Counted from the stretch's first letter, positions 1 to 9,958 are shown. The stretch: 64,000 nt of DNA from an uncultured Syntrophaceae bacterium (GCA_964558665.1 CAZLFA010000005.1:7603-71602), one strand, 5' to 3'. Program-made: numbers and translations. Notes: generated by a model from the sequence alone, not told the origin.

Positions 1-3
1 TCC

Positions 4-549
4 ATGAAAACCATTTTCTCAATCATAATATCGACAGGAGTTTTCCTGCTGGTTTATCCCATCACCGCAACCATATCCGCGGAGTTGGCCCCAATTCCCT
101 CCGGCACCGTCGTCTGTGGCGGTCATGCCTACACCGTTGATCCCGACCCCAAAGGCATAAACATCAGGACAGCGCCTGATAAAAATTCCCCCGTTCTCCG
201 TGTGATTACCCATGACTCTGAAGGAACATCCGTGATACTTGCGGGCTCTTTTAAAGACTGGATACTCATCCAATCGGCTGAGGGAATAACTTCGGAGTTC
301 CGGTTTCAGGGAAAGGGATGGATCCATGCCTCGCTTCTTGCCGTTCGTGCCGTCCACAACAGCGGGCGAAAGGTTGTTCTCTACGGCAAGCCCGATACTG
401 GAAGTCAGGCGGTCAGAACATTTCCCGGAGAAACGGAAGTACGGTTGGCGGGATGCAAGGGGCAATGGATGCAGGTAAAGATCGGGAAAAAGCAGGGATG
501 GCTTGCGCCGGGCGAATATTGCGGCAATCCCGTTACAACATGTCCATGA
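4..549 (+). CDS. secreted protein with SH3b-like repeats (hypothetical)
   Basis: Complete ORF. Hydrophobic signal-like N-terminus (MKTIFSIIISTGVFLLVYPITA). Two blocks resemble bacterial SH3 (INIRTAPDKNSPVL...GWIHASLL; GQWMQVKIGKKQGWLAPGEY). Family call by eye. Confidence 0.45.
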   Translation: MKTIFSIIISTGVFLLVYPITATISAELAPIPSGTVVCGGHAYTVDPDPKGINIRTAPDKNSPVLRVITHDSEGTSVILAGSFKDWILIQSAEGITSEFRFQGKGWIHASLLAVRAVHNSGRKVVLYGKPDTGSQAVRTFPGETEVRLAGCKGQWMQVKIGKKQGWLAPGEYCGNPVTTCP

Positions 550-568
550 AAGGAGATATAAAGAAGGC

Positions 569-1246
569 ATGAAAAACATGAAATTCATAAAGCTCTCATT
601 GATCTTGTTCATTATCCTGTTGTGGACGGTTGAATCCCGCGCGGAAGGATTGCCTGTAAAGGACATTCCCGCCGCCGGAAAGTCATTGAATGCATTCCTT
701 CCCAGGGGATGGACAGTAGAGGATCACGCAAGCGGCGACCTGAATGGAGATGGAGTTTCCGATATATCAGCCATACTTATTCAAGGCAAAGCCGGGGGTA
801 GTATCCGTGAAGCGGATGATAATCCTCGCGCCTTGATAGTGCTTCTGGGGCACGACAAGGGTGAATTCACCCTGGCGGGAACAAATGATAGACTCCTGCA
901 ATGCAGGGGATGCTGCGGCGTCAAGGAGGGTGTCGGCATCAGCATCAGAAAAGGGGTAATCATCGTCCGGCAGATGACCGGTTCACGTGAGTTTTCCGAC
1001 GAGACATGGCGGTTTCGTTATGAACCTCAGAAACAGCGGTTCGTGCTTATCGGCCGGGACATTGAATCCGGAGACGGCATGCTGGGGACGGGAACCATAG
1101 TGAGTTTCAATTACCTGACCGGCCGGAAAATAACCAAGAACTACCGGTACGACAAAAAGGGTGAAAATAAAATGGTGACCGCTACAAAGCAAGAAAATGG
1201 TCCCCGGAAGACACCTTTTATGGAAGATGTCAAAGCGAGTTACTGA
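569..1246 (+). CDS. secreted hypothetical protein with FG-GAP/VCBS-like DxNGDGxxD motif
   Basis: ORF 503..1246. I prefer the ATG at 569, preceded by aggaga/gaagg and followed by a signal peptide (MKNMKFIKLSLILFIILLWTVESRAEG). Contains a DLNGDGVSD motif. Confidence 0.45.
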   Translation: MKNMKFIKLSLILFIILLWTVESRAEGLPVKDIPAAGKSLNAFLPRGWTVEDHASGDLNGDGVSDISAILIQGKAGGSIREADDNPRALIVLLGHDKGEFTLAGTNDRLLQCRGCCGVKEGVGISIRKGVIIVRQMTGSREFSDETWRFRYEPQKQRFVLIGRDIESGDGMLGTGTIVSFNYLTGRKITKNYRYDKKGENKMVTATKQENGPRKTPFMEDVKASY

Positions 1247-1329
1247 GTCCACAGCATGTCCTTGAACAGAAGAGAAGAAGTGGCAGAACAACTATATAAC
1301 AAAGGAGAAACACCATTACGGCTTTTAAT

Positions 1330-2427
1330 ATGGATTCCGAACCAGGTGCGCGGTCAGAAGTTTTACAAAAGAAAAATGTCATCAGGTTTATATGCCTGCT
1401 GTGCTTCATCCTGCTTACCGTGCCACTCACGGCACAGGCACAAACGGAAGCAATCTATACGATAGACCGTTTCAAATTCGAGAACGGCGTCGAAATCGCC
1501 GGCATGAAGGTAGGATATGTCATCCGGGGAAGGCTGAATAAGGCAAAAGACAATGCCATCCTGCTGCTGCCGGGCAGCAGCAACGGCAGGCATTTTGCCG
1601 ACGCGCATATCGGGCCTGGCAAGACCTACGACACGGACAAGTATTTCGTCATCTGCGTCGATCCGATCGGCGGCGGAAATTCGTCGTCGCCGAAGGACGG
1701 TATGGGCACGGCTTTCCCGAAATATACAGTACGCGACATGGTGCGCGCCCAGTATCTGCTGATTACCAAGGGTCTTGGTCTGACCCGTTTGCTGGCAGTC
1801 GGGGGCCCGTCGATGGGTTCCTTACAGAGTCTGGAGTGGGGAATCAGCTATCCCGATTTCGTAACCGGGTTGATTCTGATCGTGCCGGCGGCGCGCATGG
1901 ACCGCCATTTTACACCCGTTATGGATGGACTTGAAGCGATAATCAAACTCGACCCCAAATACCGGAACGGAAGATACACGGAGAACCCCGCAGAAGGTAT
2001 ACGCGGCGCCGCGCTCATCTTCTTTCCCTGGATATGGAGTGACGAATATCTTGCCACACTGGACGAATCCGCCTACGTAAAAGCCAAGTCCTCCATTGCC
2101 GACGGATGGGCAAAGGAGTGGGACGCCAACAGCCTTCTTTGGCGTTTCTATGCCAGCAGCACATACGATGCCTCAAAGCCGTTCGGCGGCGACATGAAGA
2201 AGGCGCTGAGCAGTGTGAAGGCTAGAGTGCTGGTGCTGTACAGTCCGACCGACCGCACCGTTCCGGGCTATCTGACACGGGAGTTGTGTCAGGGGCTGAC
2301 GGATGCAAGCTGCGTCGAGATTCCTTCGATCCGCGGCCACATGGCCGGCGTCATGCCCCCCGGCACTGCGGAATACGACTTTGTCGGCAGGAAGGTTAAG
2401 GAATTTCTTGTCTTGTTGAAAAAATAG
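1330..2427 (+). CDS. alpha/beta-fold hydrolase, MetX (homoserine O-acetyltransferase)-like, with N-terminal signal/TM segment
   Basis: GGPSMGS nucleophile elbow and overall MetX-like layout. N-terminal hydrophobic stretch IRFICLLCFILLTVPLTAQAQ. Confidence 0.65.
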   Translation: MDSEPGARSEVLQKKNVIRFICLLCFILLTVPLTAQAQTEAIYTIDRFKFENGVEIAGMKVGYVIRGRLNKAKDNAILLLPGSSNGRHFADAHIGPGKTYDTDKYFVICVDPIGGGNSSSPKDGMGTAFPKYTVRDMVRAQYLLITKGLGLTRLLAVGGPSMGSLQSLEWGISYPDFVTGLILIVPAARMDRHFTPVMDGLEAIIKLDPKYRNGRYTENPAEGIRGAALIFFPWIWSDEYLATLDESAYVKAKSSIADGWAKEWDANSLLWRFYASSTYDASKPFGGDMKKALSSVKARVLVLYSPTDRTVPGYLTRELCQGLTDASCVEIPSIRGHMAGVMPPGTAEYDFVGRKVKEFLVLLKK

Positions 2428-2491
2428 AGAGAAACAGACACCGTGAAATGCTTCCTCCGTTCTGCGGATTATGAAGGCATAAAAAGGACAA

Positions 2492-3058
2492 ATGGAAAAT
2501 AAGGCAATGAATAAATTCAATCCGGATACGTACTGCGGAATTTACTGCGGATCTTGTTCAGTAGCAATGTGCGGCAGCTCCGGTCACTCTGACGTGTTCG
2601 CTGCCTGCCTTGGAAACATACCGAAGGAAGAGCTTGCCTGCTGCGGATGCAAATCCGATACAGTGTACGCGGGCTGCAGCATATGCAGCCTCCGTCGTTG
2701 CGCACGAGAAAAAGGCATTGAACACTGCATCGATTGCGCCGACTATCCGTGTAAAATGTACAGAGCATGGCAGTCAACGGCACGATTTCTTCCGCACACC
2801 CAAGGGGCTCCATCCGGCCTGGAGGCAATCAAGCAAGACGGCGTCGGCCCCTGGCTCACGGCACAGAAAAAGCGCTGGTCATGCCCTGACTGCGGCACTC
2901 CGTTTTCGTGGTACGCACAGGCGTGCCACAGGTGCGGCTGCAACCTTATGTCAGAAACATACAGGCTGTCCGGCTGGAAGAAACTTTTGTGCCGATTAAT
3001 CTTCCCTATGGTGTACCGGAAAGCAAAAGCAAAAAAGCTTCAGAACACTGATCCTTAG
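2492..3058 (+). CDS. DUF3795-like cysteine-rich protein with C-terminal zinc-ribbon
   Basis: YCGIYCGSCS...CCGC...CSLRRCAREKGIEHCIDCADYPC pattern typical of DUF3795, followed by CPDCG...CHRCGC. Confidence 0.6.
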   Translation: MENKAMNKFNPDTYCGIYCGSCSVAMCGSSGHSDVFAACLGNIPKEELACCGCKSDTVYAGCSICSLRRCAREKGIEHCIDCADYPCKMYRAWQSTARFLPHTQGAPSGLEAIKQDGVGPWLTAQKKRWSCPDCGTPFSWYAQACHRCGCNLMSETYRLSGWKKLLCRLIFPMVYRKAKAKKLQNTDP

Positions 3059-3533
3059 CACCGGATAGCGGCACAGTGATCACATAAGATGTTTCAAAAG
3101 AACAAAAGCGTTTAACAAACTGCAGATAACGATCTGCGGCCCGCAGACCTGCTTCGGCTTGATTTTTGGCAGGAGAAGTTATCTTATATCGTCCTTAAAA
3201 TCTCTTAATGTAGGAACATGATGAAAATCTTAACCAGTCTTGGCAGCACCTTTCGCAGCATCAGGCTTGTTGTTATTGCCGCAGTCATGTTTGCTTGCTT
3301 CACGGGGAACGGCTTGCAGGTAGTGCATGCAGATCAATTTCTCGATGAAATGGTCGAATTCACCGTGGGCGTTTTTTCATTGCCGTCAACAAATTCGACT
3401 TCGACGCCGCTACGGCCGTGGCTGAAGCCGCCAATGACCTGATTGCGATAATCGCGCCGCAATAAGAGGGCTCACTGACACCAACTAACGGGTAACAATT
3501 GATCATGCAGCAACACATAGGAACGGAAGAATT

Positions 3534-4127
3534 ATGCTGAACGTCGGAATATTACTTTTCAATGATGTGGAAGTTCTTGATTTTGCAGGCCCCTTTGAAG
3601 TGTTCTCGGTTACGTCGGAACTCAACAACTGTGATCTGTTTAAAGTTTTTACAATCACAAAAGACGGGAAACTAATAACAGCGGTAAACGGTTTGAAGGT
3701 TTTGCCCGATTACTCATTCAACGATCATCCTCAAATAGACGTCCTTATTATACCGGGAGGAATCGGCACAAGGAAGGAGATGGAAGATGAAAATGTTCTT
3801 GAATGGATCAAAAACAAATACGCATCTTCGCAAATTACATTTTCGGTATGCTCGGGGGCAAGAATATTGGGAAAAGCAGGACTGCTTGATGAAATTGAGG
3901 CCGTTACCCACCATGAAGTAATACCGCACCTGAAAGAGATCGCACCGAAAGCAATCATCAATGAGAAGGCCAGGTTTATTGACAATGGCAGGATTATGAC
4001 CTGCGGCGGCATATCGGCGGGCATCGATCTTTCATTGTACATTGTTCAAAAACTGTTTGGAGAAGGCATTACAAAGAAAACAATCGGATACATGGAATAT
4101 GGAGATTGGAGAGGAGAGAAGATTTGA
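3534..4127 (+). CDS. DJ-1/PfpI family protein
   Basis: LIIPGG, nucleophile-elbow Cys in FSVCSGARILGKAGLL, GGISAGIDL. Confidence 0.8.
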   Translation: MLNVGILLFNDVEVLDFAGPFEVFSVTSELNNCDLFKVFTITKDGKLITAVNGLKVLPDYSFNDHPQIDVLIIPGGIGTRKEMEDENVLEWIKNKYASSQITFSVCSGARILGKAGLLDEIEAVTHHEVIPHLKEIAPKAIINEKARFIDNGRIMTCGGISAGIDLSLYIVQKLFGEGITKKTIGYMEYGDWRGEKI

Positions 4128-4197
4128 AATATAATTCGTGTTTGAAATCCGCGGCGGCAGACGAGATGGCTTCGCCGATAAGGAATACACTGAGGCA

Positions 4198-4824
4198 ATG
4201 ACAACAAAGCAGCCAACATATCGCCTTCGCAAATTCTCCCGCAGGGGAGATTTGCCGGAAAACTATCGGGGCACCTTCGAATTGCTCGATGATCAGACTC
4301 GACAGGTCATGGCTTCCTGTGACGTATCGGGTCACGCCACTTTCTCTCCGGTTTCGATTATCGACAGCGAACATCAGGCATGGACCATGAAACCGAATCG
4401 TAAGATCATGCCCACACGCTGGATTCTTACCGATCCCGGCCGGTCCGTCGCCATGCAATTCGATCAGAATCTGTCGAGCAAACTGAAAAAGTATAGAACC
4501 ATCCTCACGCTGCTGGACAGCCGGGACAAAGAGTTCTACCGCATTGTTGATCCACGGAAAAGTACTATCAACCGGATATTGGGGGTCGGCCCGGATGATT
4601 GGGCGATCATGGACGGCGACAAACTTGCGGCGAAGGTCACCTTCCTGACAGAAGCAAAGGCACCGCCTTCCGGCCTGTGGCAAAAGATCACGGATTTTCT
4701 TACATCCTCAGACAAAGGTATTGTAAGCATCGGTCTCAACCATATAATGCCGCCGCCGACAGCGCTTGCCATGATGCTGATCCTCAAGGAAGTGACGGCA
4801 TACGAAAGCTGCGACAAGACGTGA
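4198..4824 (+). CDS. hypothetical protein
   Basis: ORF 4138..4824. ATG at 4198 is preceded by tgagg. The composition looks protein-like, whereas the overlapping antisense ORF looks Arg/Cys-rich and non-protein-like. No family recognised. Confidence 0.45.
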   Translation: MTTKQPTYRLRKFSRRGDLPENYRGTFELLDDQTRQVMASCDVSGHATFSPVSIIDSEHQAWTMKPNRKIMPTRWILTDPGRSVAMQFDQNLSSKLKKYRTILTLLDSRDKEFYRIVDPRKSTINRILGVGPDDWAIMDGDKLAAKVTFLTEAKAPPSGLWQKITDFLTSSDKGIVSIGLNHIMPPPTALAMMLILKEVTAYESCDKT

Positions 4825-4892
4825 AGTTTTAATAACAGCAGCATGAATTGTTTTGTTCGGCAGTTTAGAATACAAAGGAGAAAAGCTATATC

Positions 4893-5537
4893 ATGAGCAA
4901 AGAAAAGCGGGAGTTCGATAAAGAGGCCGCCTCGTGGGATGAAAATCCCGGAAGAGTCAAGCTGGCTAACGATATTGCCCGGGCAATATCAAGGCAGATT
5001 ACACTGACGCCCGACATGAGCGTCATGGACTTCGGGTGCGGCACAGGATTGCTGACAATACATTTGCAACCTCTCGTCCGTTCCATTATCGGCGTTGACA
5101 GTTCGCAGGGAATGCTCGACATATTGAAGACAAAAATCGCCAAAATGAATCTGAACAATGTCAAAGCCGAACTTGTCGACCTTGACAGAGGCGATATCCT
5201 GACAGGTAGTTATAATCTTGTTTTGAGCAACATGACCCTTCACCATATAAAGGATATAAAGCATCTTTTCGATCAATTCCATAAAATCACGGCTCTGCCT
5301 GGTTATCTATGTATTGCCGACCTGGATTCCGATGAAGGCCGGTTTCACGATGATAACACAGGGGTATTCCACTTCGGATTTGCCCGTCCCGAGTTGCGCC
5401 GGATTTTCAAAGAAGCGGGATTTGATAATGTTCAGGATTTAACCGCAGCAGAGGTGATGAAACCGAGCAGTGACGGAGAGATGAAGTGTTTCACCGTGTT
5501 TCTCATGACCGGCCGCAAGGGGTCGGATAAAGAATGA
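4893..5537 (+). CDS. class I SAM-dependent methyltransferase
   Basis: Motif I VMDFGCGTGLL. RBS aaaggag upstream. Confidence 0.8.
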   Translation: MSKEKREFDKEAASWDENPGRVKLANDIARAISRQITLTPDMSVMDFGCGTGLLTIHLQPLVRSIIGVDSSQGMLDILKTKIAKMNLNNVKAELVDLDRGDILTGSYNLVLSNMTLHHIKDIKHLFDQFHKITALPGYLCIADLDSDEGRFHDDNTGVFHFGFARPELRRIFKEAGFDNVQDLTAAEVMKPSSDGEMKCFTVFLMTGRKGSDKE

Positions 5538-6010
5538 TCATGAATGTCACTATTATTAAGGCAAACGCAGATGATGCCGTTGAGATTCTTACCTTGCAGA
5601 AACTGGTATATGAAAGTGAAGCAAGGCTTTACAGAGACTGGAACATCCCTCCCCTCACCCAGACTATTTCTGAAATTGAAGCAGAATTTAAAGCCAATGT
5701 ATTTCTGAAGGCTGTATCGGGGGAAAGAATCATTGGTTCAGTAAGAGGTTGGCTTGCCTCCGGCACATGTCGGATAGGAAGGCTCATTGTTCATCCTGAC
5801 TATCAGGGAAATGGCATCGGTACATTGCTCATGGAGGGTATAGAGAGGGCATTCCCGGGTGCAGACAGGTTCGAGTTGTTTACCGGCACAAGGAGCGTCG
5901 CCAATATCCGGCTCTACCGAAGTCTCGGATATCGGGAGTGCCGTGAAGAGGAGCTGTCACCGGAAGTCCGGCTTGTCTTTATAGAGAAACTCCCGGTAAC
6001 CAGCCGATAG
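5534..6010 (+). CDS. GNAT family N-acetyltransferase
   Basis: RLIVHPDYQGNGIGTLLM (acetyl-CoA binding Q/RxxGxG). 4-nt overlap with the upstream methyltransferase gene. Confidence 0.75.
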   Translation: MIMNVTIIKANADDAVEILTLQKLVYESEARLYRDWNIPPLTQTISEIEAEFKANVFLKAVSGERIIGSVRGWLASGTCRIGRLIVHPDYQGNGIGTLLMEGIERAFPGADRFELFTGTRSVANIRLYRSLGYRECREEELSPEVRLVFIEKLPVTSR

Positions 6011-6107
6011 GCAATTAAAACTGATATCGTTTCTCCCGTGCACCACGACAGCATCCATTTTATAATGGTGAAAACAGCGGGGCAACCTCTTTATCTTTTG
6101 CATCCCG

Positions 6108-6884
6108 TCAATCAGGTTCCGCAAAGACTTCCCTAGCTGCCGATATCCCGTTCAATGCAGCGGGAAAGCCCGCATATACCGCCGTATGATACATAATCTC
6201 TATTATCTGTTCCTTCGTGAGACCTACATTGATGGCGGCTTTGATATGAACTTTCAGTTGCGGCCTCATGGTTCCTGCAGCGGTCATGCCGGCAATGGCG
6301 ATTATCTCCTTCCGGCAGGGAATCAGGACTTCCCGGCAAAAAATGGTGCCGTAGGAAAACTCGATCAGGAAATTCACCATGTCCGGGGCAATATCGCCGA
6401 GGCTCTCCATCACCTTCCGGCCCGCCCCCTTACTGGTTTCCTCAAGCATACGGATGCCGCGCTCCCGTTTGTCCGCCTTGCAGTCATCCCATGCGGCCGG
6501 TCTGAAATCCACCTGCCTTTCGTTAAAAACATCCCGCGCCGCAAAGATCGCGTTGAGGCCTGATGGAAAACCTGAATATACAGTCTGCACATAGATCGTA
6601 TCGATGATCTCCTGCGGCGTAATTCCGATATTCAGTGCAGCGCCGATATGCCACTTCAGTTGCGGCTGGGCATTTCCCAGAGCTGTCAGAATGGCGATTG
6701 TTGCCGTCTGCCGCGACACGGCGTCGAGGGCGGGGCGGAAATAAACGTCACCATATGCGAAGCAAACCAGAAACTGTGCCATATCCGGGGCAATATCGGA
6801 CAACCCTTTCAAAACCTGTTCTGCGCCCTCAGGGTTGAGGTTTTCCAATTGCCGGTACCCTCTGTCAAATCTGTCTTGCTCCAT
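6108..6884 (-). CDS. carboxymuconolactone decarboxylase (CMD/AhpD-like) family protein, tandem domains
   Basis: Two homologous halves (...DIAPDMAQFLVCFAYGDVYFRPALD... and ...DIAPDMVNFLIEFSYGTIFCREVL...). Start moved to the ATG at 6884, with aaggaggg 7 nt upstream. Confidence 0.75.
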   Translation of the reverse strand: MEQDRFDRGYRQLENLNPEGAEQVLKGLSDIAPDMAQFLVCFAYGDVYFRPALDAVSRQTATIAILTALGNAQPQLKWHIGAALNIGITPQEIIDTIYVQTVYSGFPSGLNAIFAARDVFNERQVDFRPAAWDDCKADKRERGIRMLEETSKGAGRKVMESLGDIAPDMVNFLIEFSYGTIFCREVLIPCRKEIIAIAGMTAAGTMRPQLKVHIKAAINVGLTKEQIIEIMYHTAVYAGFPAALNGISAAREVFAEPD

Positions 6885-7051
6885 AGCAATCCCTCCTTTC
6901 AATTAACCGTATTTCCTCGTCTAATGGGTATCTTCTCTCCAGGAGATTCGTATATTCGGTTTTTACATACCTATTTTTCTCTTGACGTTCTATCGTATTA
7001 CGGACAAGATACTACAGAATATGGACATTATATGTTCGCGGAACCGGATAT

Positions 7052-7840
7052 ATGGAAACAATGGATTTAGGAATAGACTGGAAAAAGTTCCATGCCATGG
7101 GACTGCACGGCAGCCTGGAGGACTTCTCTTCCGAAACGCTTCACATCCACCCTTTCCACCAGGTCCTGCATATCCGGAACGGCGTTGCCCTTCTTCAGGA
7201 TGCCGGGGGGACGCGTCCGCAATACGGACATATGGCGGCATTCATTCCCGCCTGCGTCCCGCACAGAACGGAAGTTATCGGGGATTCCGTGGCGTACCAG
7301 TCTTTATATTTCAGAGCATCCTTTTTTAGGTGGCGCGGCCGTACCGTACAGACGTTTCAGATGAGCCCTTTGGGGTTTGTCCTGCTGCAACGGATCAATG
7401 AGGAGGAACCGTTGCAGAACATCGAGCGCGGCATCGCCGGAGATTGTGTTGATCTGTTCCTGAAAATACTCCCGACTGATATGCAGAATGAAAGTCCGTC
7501 TCTTTTCCTGCCGGAATCAAAAACAGAGCTCAACAGAAAAGTCTGTCGCTTCCTCGAAAAAAACTATCGCACGCGGATAACGGCCGAAGATATTTCACGA
7601 GCAGCATCTTTCTCCTTCCGGCAGATTTCGCGGATATTCAAGGCCGATACGGGATTGACCGTCTTCGGATACCTGAAGGTCTACAGGATGCTTCAAGCCT
7701 CGATTGATCTCAGCACGACCGGCAACAAGATCATCTCCATAGCCTATGATTGCGGCTACGATTCAATTTCTTCTTTTTTTGTCGACTTCAAAAAACTCTT
7801 TGGTGTTTCACCGGCAGAGTTCCGCAGCGGCCATCGATAA
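7052..7840 (+). CDS. AraC family transcriptional regulator
   Basis: C-terminal AraC HTH (ISIAYDCGYDSISSFFVDFKKLFGVSPAEFR) and cupin-like N-terminal half. Divergent from the CMD gene. Confidence 0.8.
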   Translation: METMDLGIDWKKFHAMGLHGSLEDFSSETLHIHPFHQVLHIRNGVALLQDAGGTRPQYGHMAAFIPACVPHRTEVIGDSVAYQSLYFRASFFRWRGRTVQTFQMSPLGFVLLQRINEEEPLQNIERGIAGDCVDLFLKILPTDMQNESPSLFLPESKTELNRKVCRFLEKNYRTRITAEDISRAASFSFRQISRIFKADTGLTVFGYLKVYRMLQASIDLSTTGNKIISIAYDCGYDSISSFFVDFKKLFGVSPAEFRSGHR

Positions 7841-7916
7841 TCTGCGTACAGGCCGGATGGTTTAAACTTGACATTATATGCATTATATTTTATTTTTATG
7901 CATAAGGAGGCGGGTT

Positions 7917-8120
7917 ATGAGAACAACACTTGATTTACCTAAAGAGTTGATTGATGAGGCCATGAAGGCCACCAATATTAACACAAAGACTCAGGTTATC
8001 ATTACTGCGCTGGAAGATTTAATTAGAAAATCAAAAATAGCCGGACTGAAAAAGTTCAAAGGTAAAATCGACTTGAATATCGATATGAATGTTGTGAGAG
8101 GGCGTCGATGTCGGTATTAG
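7917..8120 (+). CDS. vapB: type II antitoxin, VapB-like (DUF2191-type)
   Basis: MRTTLDLPKELIDEAMKATN... N-terminus typical of this antitoxin class. aaggagg RBS at 7904-7910. Overlaps the PIN gene start. Confidence 0.65.
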   Translation: MRTTLDLPKELIDEAMKATNINTKTQVIITALEDLIRKSKIAGLKKFKGKIDLNIDMNVVRGRRCRY

Positions 8121-8488
8121 TAGATACCTCTGTATGGATAGAATATTTCAGGAACATACATAATTCAGAAAAGCTTGATTTTCTGATTGATGAAAACCTT
8201 GTTGTCACTAACGATCTTATTCTTGCAGAACTGATCCCTTTTTTGAAAGTTCGCAAACAGGCGAGGATTATTGATTTAATGCGCAGCATCAGCAGATTGG
8301 AGTTATCGATTGACTGGAACCAGATTATTGATTTCCAATTCAAATGTTTGAAAAACGGTTTAAATGCCGTTGGAATTCCGGACCTTATTATTGCACAGAA
8401 TGCAAAACAAAATTCCTGTGCAATATATTCACTCGATAATCATTTCCGACTGATGAAAGATATACTTGAGCTGCAACTGACAAAATAA
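8108..8488 (+). CDS. vapC: type II toxin, PIN-domain VapC
   Basis: VLVDTSVWIEYF N-terminal acidic PIN motif. About 126 aa. 13-nt overlap with the antitoxin gene. Confidence 0.75.
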   Translation: MSVLVDTSVWIEYFRNIHNSEKLDFLIDENLVVTNDLILAELIPFLKVRKQARIIDLMRSISRLELSIDWNQIIDFQFKCLKNGLNAVGIPDLIIAQNAKQNSCAIYSLDNHFRLMKDILELQLTK

Positions 8489-8568
8489 AAGGAATATTAC
8501 CAAACCGGCCATTTGCTGAAATTATGTTCCTGAGGGCGGTGATTTTAGTTTTTGAAAGGATTACCCTT

Positions 8569-9534
8569 ATGCTTCCAACTTTAGAGGATATTGAAAAGGC
8601 CGCAAAAATTGTCTACTCAGTAATGCCCCCCACTCCTCAGTACTGCTGGCCGCTCCTAAGCGAGCGCCTGGGTACGGAAATATGGGTCAAACACGAAAAT
8701 CATACCTCCGTCGGGGCGTTCAAGATTCGCGGCGGTCTTGTCTATCTCAACGCGCTTGCCGCAGAAAAAAAGGATTTGAAAGGGGTGATTTCCGCCACGC
8801 GCGGCAATCACGGCCAGTCGGTAGCTATAGCGGCACGTCGTTATGGTATACCGGCGAAGATCGTTGTCCCGTTCGGTAACAGCAGAGAGAAAAACGCAGC
8901 CATGAGGTCACTCGGCGCCGACCTGGTAGAATTCGGCGACGACTTCCAGACGGCGCTTGAACATGCACAAATGCTTGCGCAGGAAAATTCGCTCCACATG
9001 GTCCCGTCATACCACCAACTTTTGATCGCCGGCGTGGCAACCTACTGTCTTGAGCTGCTCAAGGCTGTCCCCGACCTGCAAACCGTTTACGTTCCCATCG
9101 GTCTCGGTTCCGGAATATCCGCCATGATCGCCGCGCGGACGGCTCTCGGATTGCAGACGGAGATCGTCGGTGTGGTTTCGTCCCAAGCGCGGGCTTACGC
9201 AGAGTCCTTCCGGCGCAAGACGCCGGTTGACTCCCCCGTAACCACCCGCATAGCCGACGGCATTGCCTGCCGTTCGCCTAATCCTGAAGCGCTCGATGTT
9301 ATCTTGAATGGTGTTGACCGCGTTGTTGAGGTGTCGGACATGGAAGTTGCGGAGGCGATCAGAACCATTTTCGAGTGCACCCACAACGTCAGCGAGGGCG
9401 CCGGCGCTGCGGGTACAGCGGCAGCGCTGCAGGAGAAATCACGCAACGCCGGGCGCAGGATTGCCGTAGTTATTACCGGCGGCAACATTGACAGGGAACT
9501 ATTTGCCGGTGTGCTGAATATGTCTTTTGCATAA
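8569..9534 (+). CDS. PLP-dependent serine/threonine dehydratase family enzyme
   Basis: HENHTSVGAFKIRG (PLP lysine motif), GNHGQS, GGNID. Start set at MLPTLEDIEKA. Confidence 0.8.
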   Translation: MLPTLEDIEKAAKIVYSVMPPTPQYCWPLLSERLGTEIWVKHENHTSVGAFKIRGGLVYLNALAAEKKDLKGVISATRGNHGQSVAIAARRYGIPAKIVVPFGNSREKNAAMRSLGADLVEFGDDFQTALEHAQMLAQENSLHMVPSYHQLLIAGVATYCLELLKAVPDLQTVYVPIGLGSGISAMIAARTALGLQTEIVGVVSSQARAYAESFRRKTPVDSPVTTRIADGIACRSPNPEALDVILNGVDRVVEVSDMEVAEAIRTIFECTHNVSEGAGAAGTAAALQEKSRNAGRRIAVVITGGNIDRELFAGVLNMSFA

Positions 9535-9589
9535 AACCCGAAGTGTGCACACACACTCTAAAAAATATACCAGGGAGGAGCAATATTTC

Positions 9590-9958
9590 ATGCAGCCAAA
9601 ACTGCGAACCACCATCGCTTACATAGCGGGAAAGCTTATCACAGAAATCAACACGTATTCCATTTACGATCATCTGCAATCCAAATCCGTGAATTTCGAG
9701 GGAAACGTAGCGCCGAATCATGTTACGGTCTTCAGCGATGACAGGGGGTGCTACACGTCAGGACCGGGGGAAGAAAACATCTTCGATCTCCATGACTACG
9801 GCGTCGGGCATCTTATCGACCTGCAGATAAACGGCAACAAGTTCAAGGGCTATGATGATTACACGCGTTTTAATTACAACGGCGAGGTCAACGGAAAAGA
9901 TATCTCCTTTTATGATGACGGCGAAGAAAAGACTTTCCTGTTCAGTTTTGAACATTAG
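9590..9958 (+). CDS. hypothetical protein
   Basis: ATG at 9590 preceded by gggaggag. No family recognised. Confidence 0.4.
   Translation: MQPKLRTTIAYIAGKLITEINTYSIYDHLQSKSVNFEGNVAPNHVTVFSDDRGCYTSGPGEENIFDLHDYGVGHLIDLQINGNKFKGYDDYTRFNYNGEVNGKDISFYDDGEEKTFLFSFEH

Noticed and set aside
19-666. A 215-aa minus-strand ORF overlapping the first two genes.
   Set aside because: Arg/Cys/Gly-rich composition with no motifs. The plus-strand ORFs have signal peptides and domain-like blocks.
3218-3442. A 74-aa ORF with a signal-like N-terminus.
   Set aside because: No convincing RBS, and the C-terminal half looks random. Kept only as an observation about the gap.
4069-4683. A 204-aa minus-strand ORF opposite the 4198..4824 gene.
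   Set aside because: The composition is Arg/Cys-rich and no RBS is present. The plus-strand frame looks protein-like and has an RBS, but neither has a recognised family, so the plus-strand call itself gets only 0.45.
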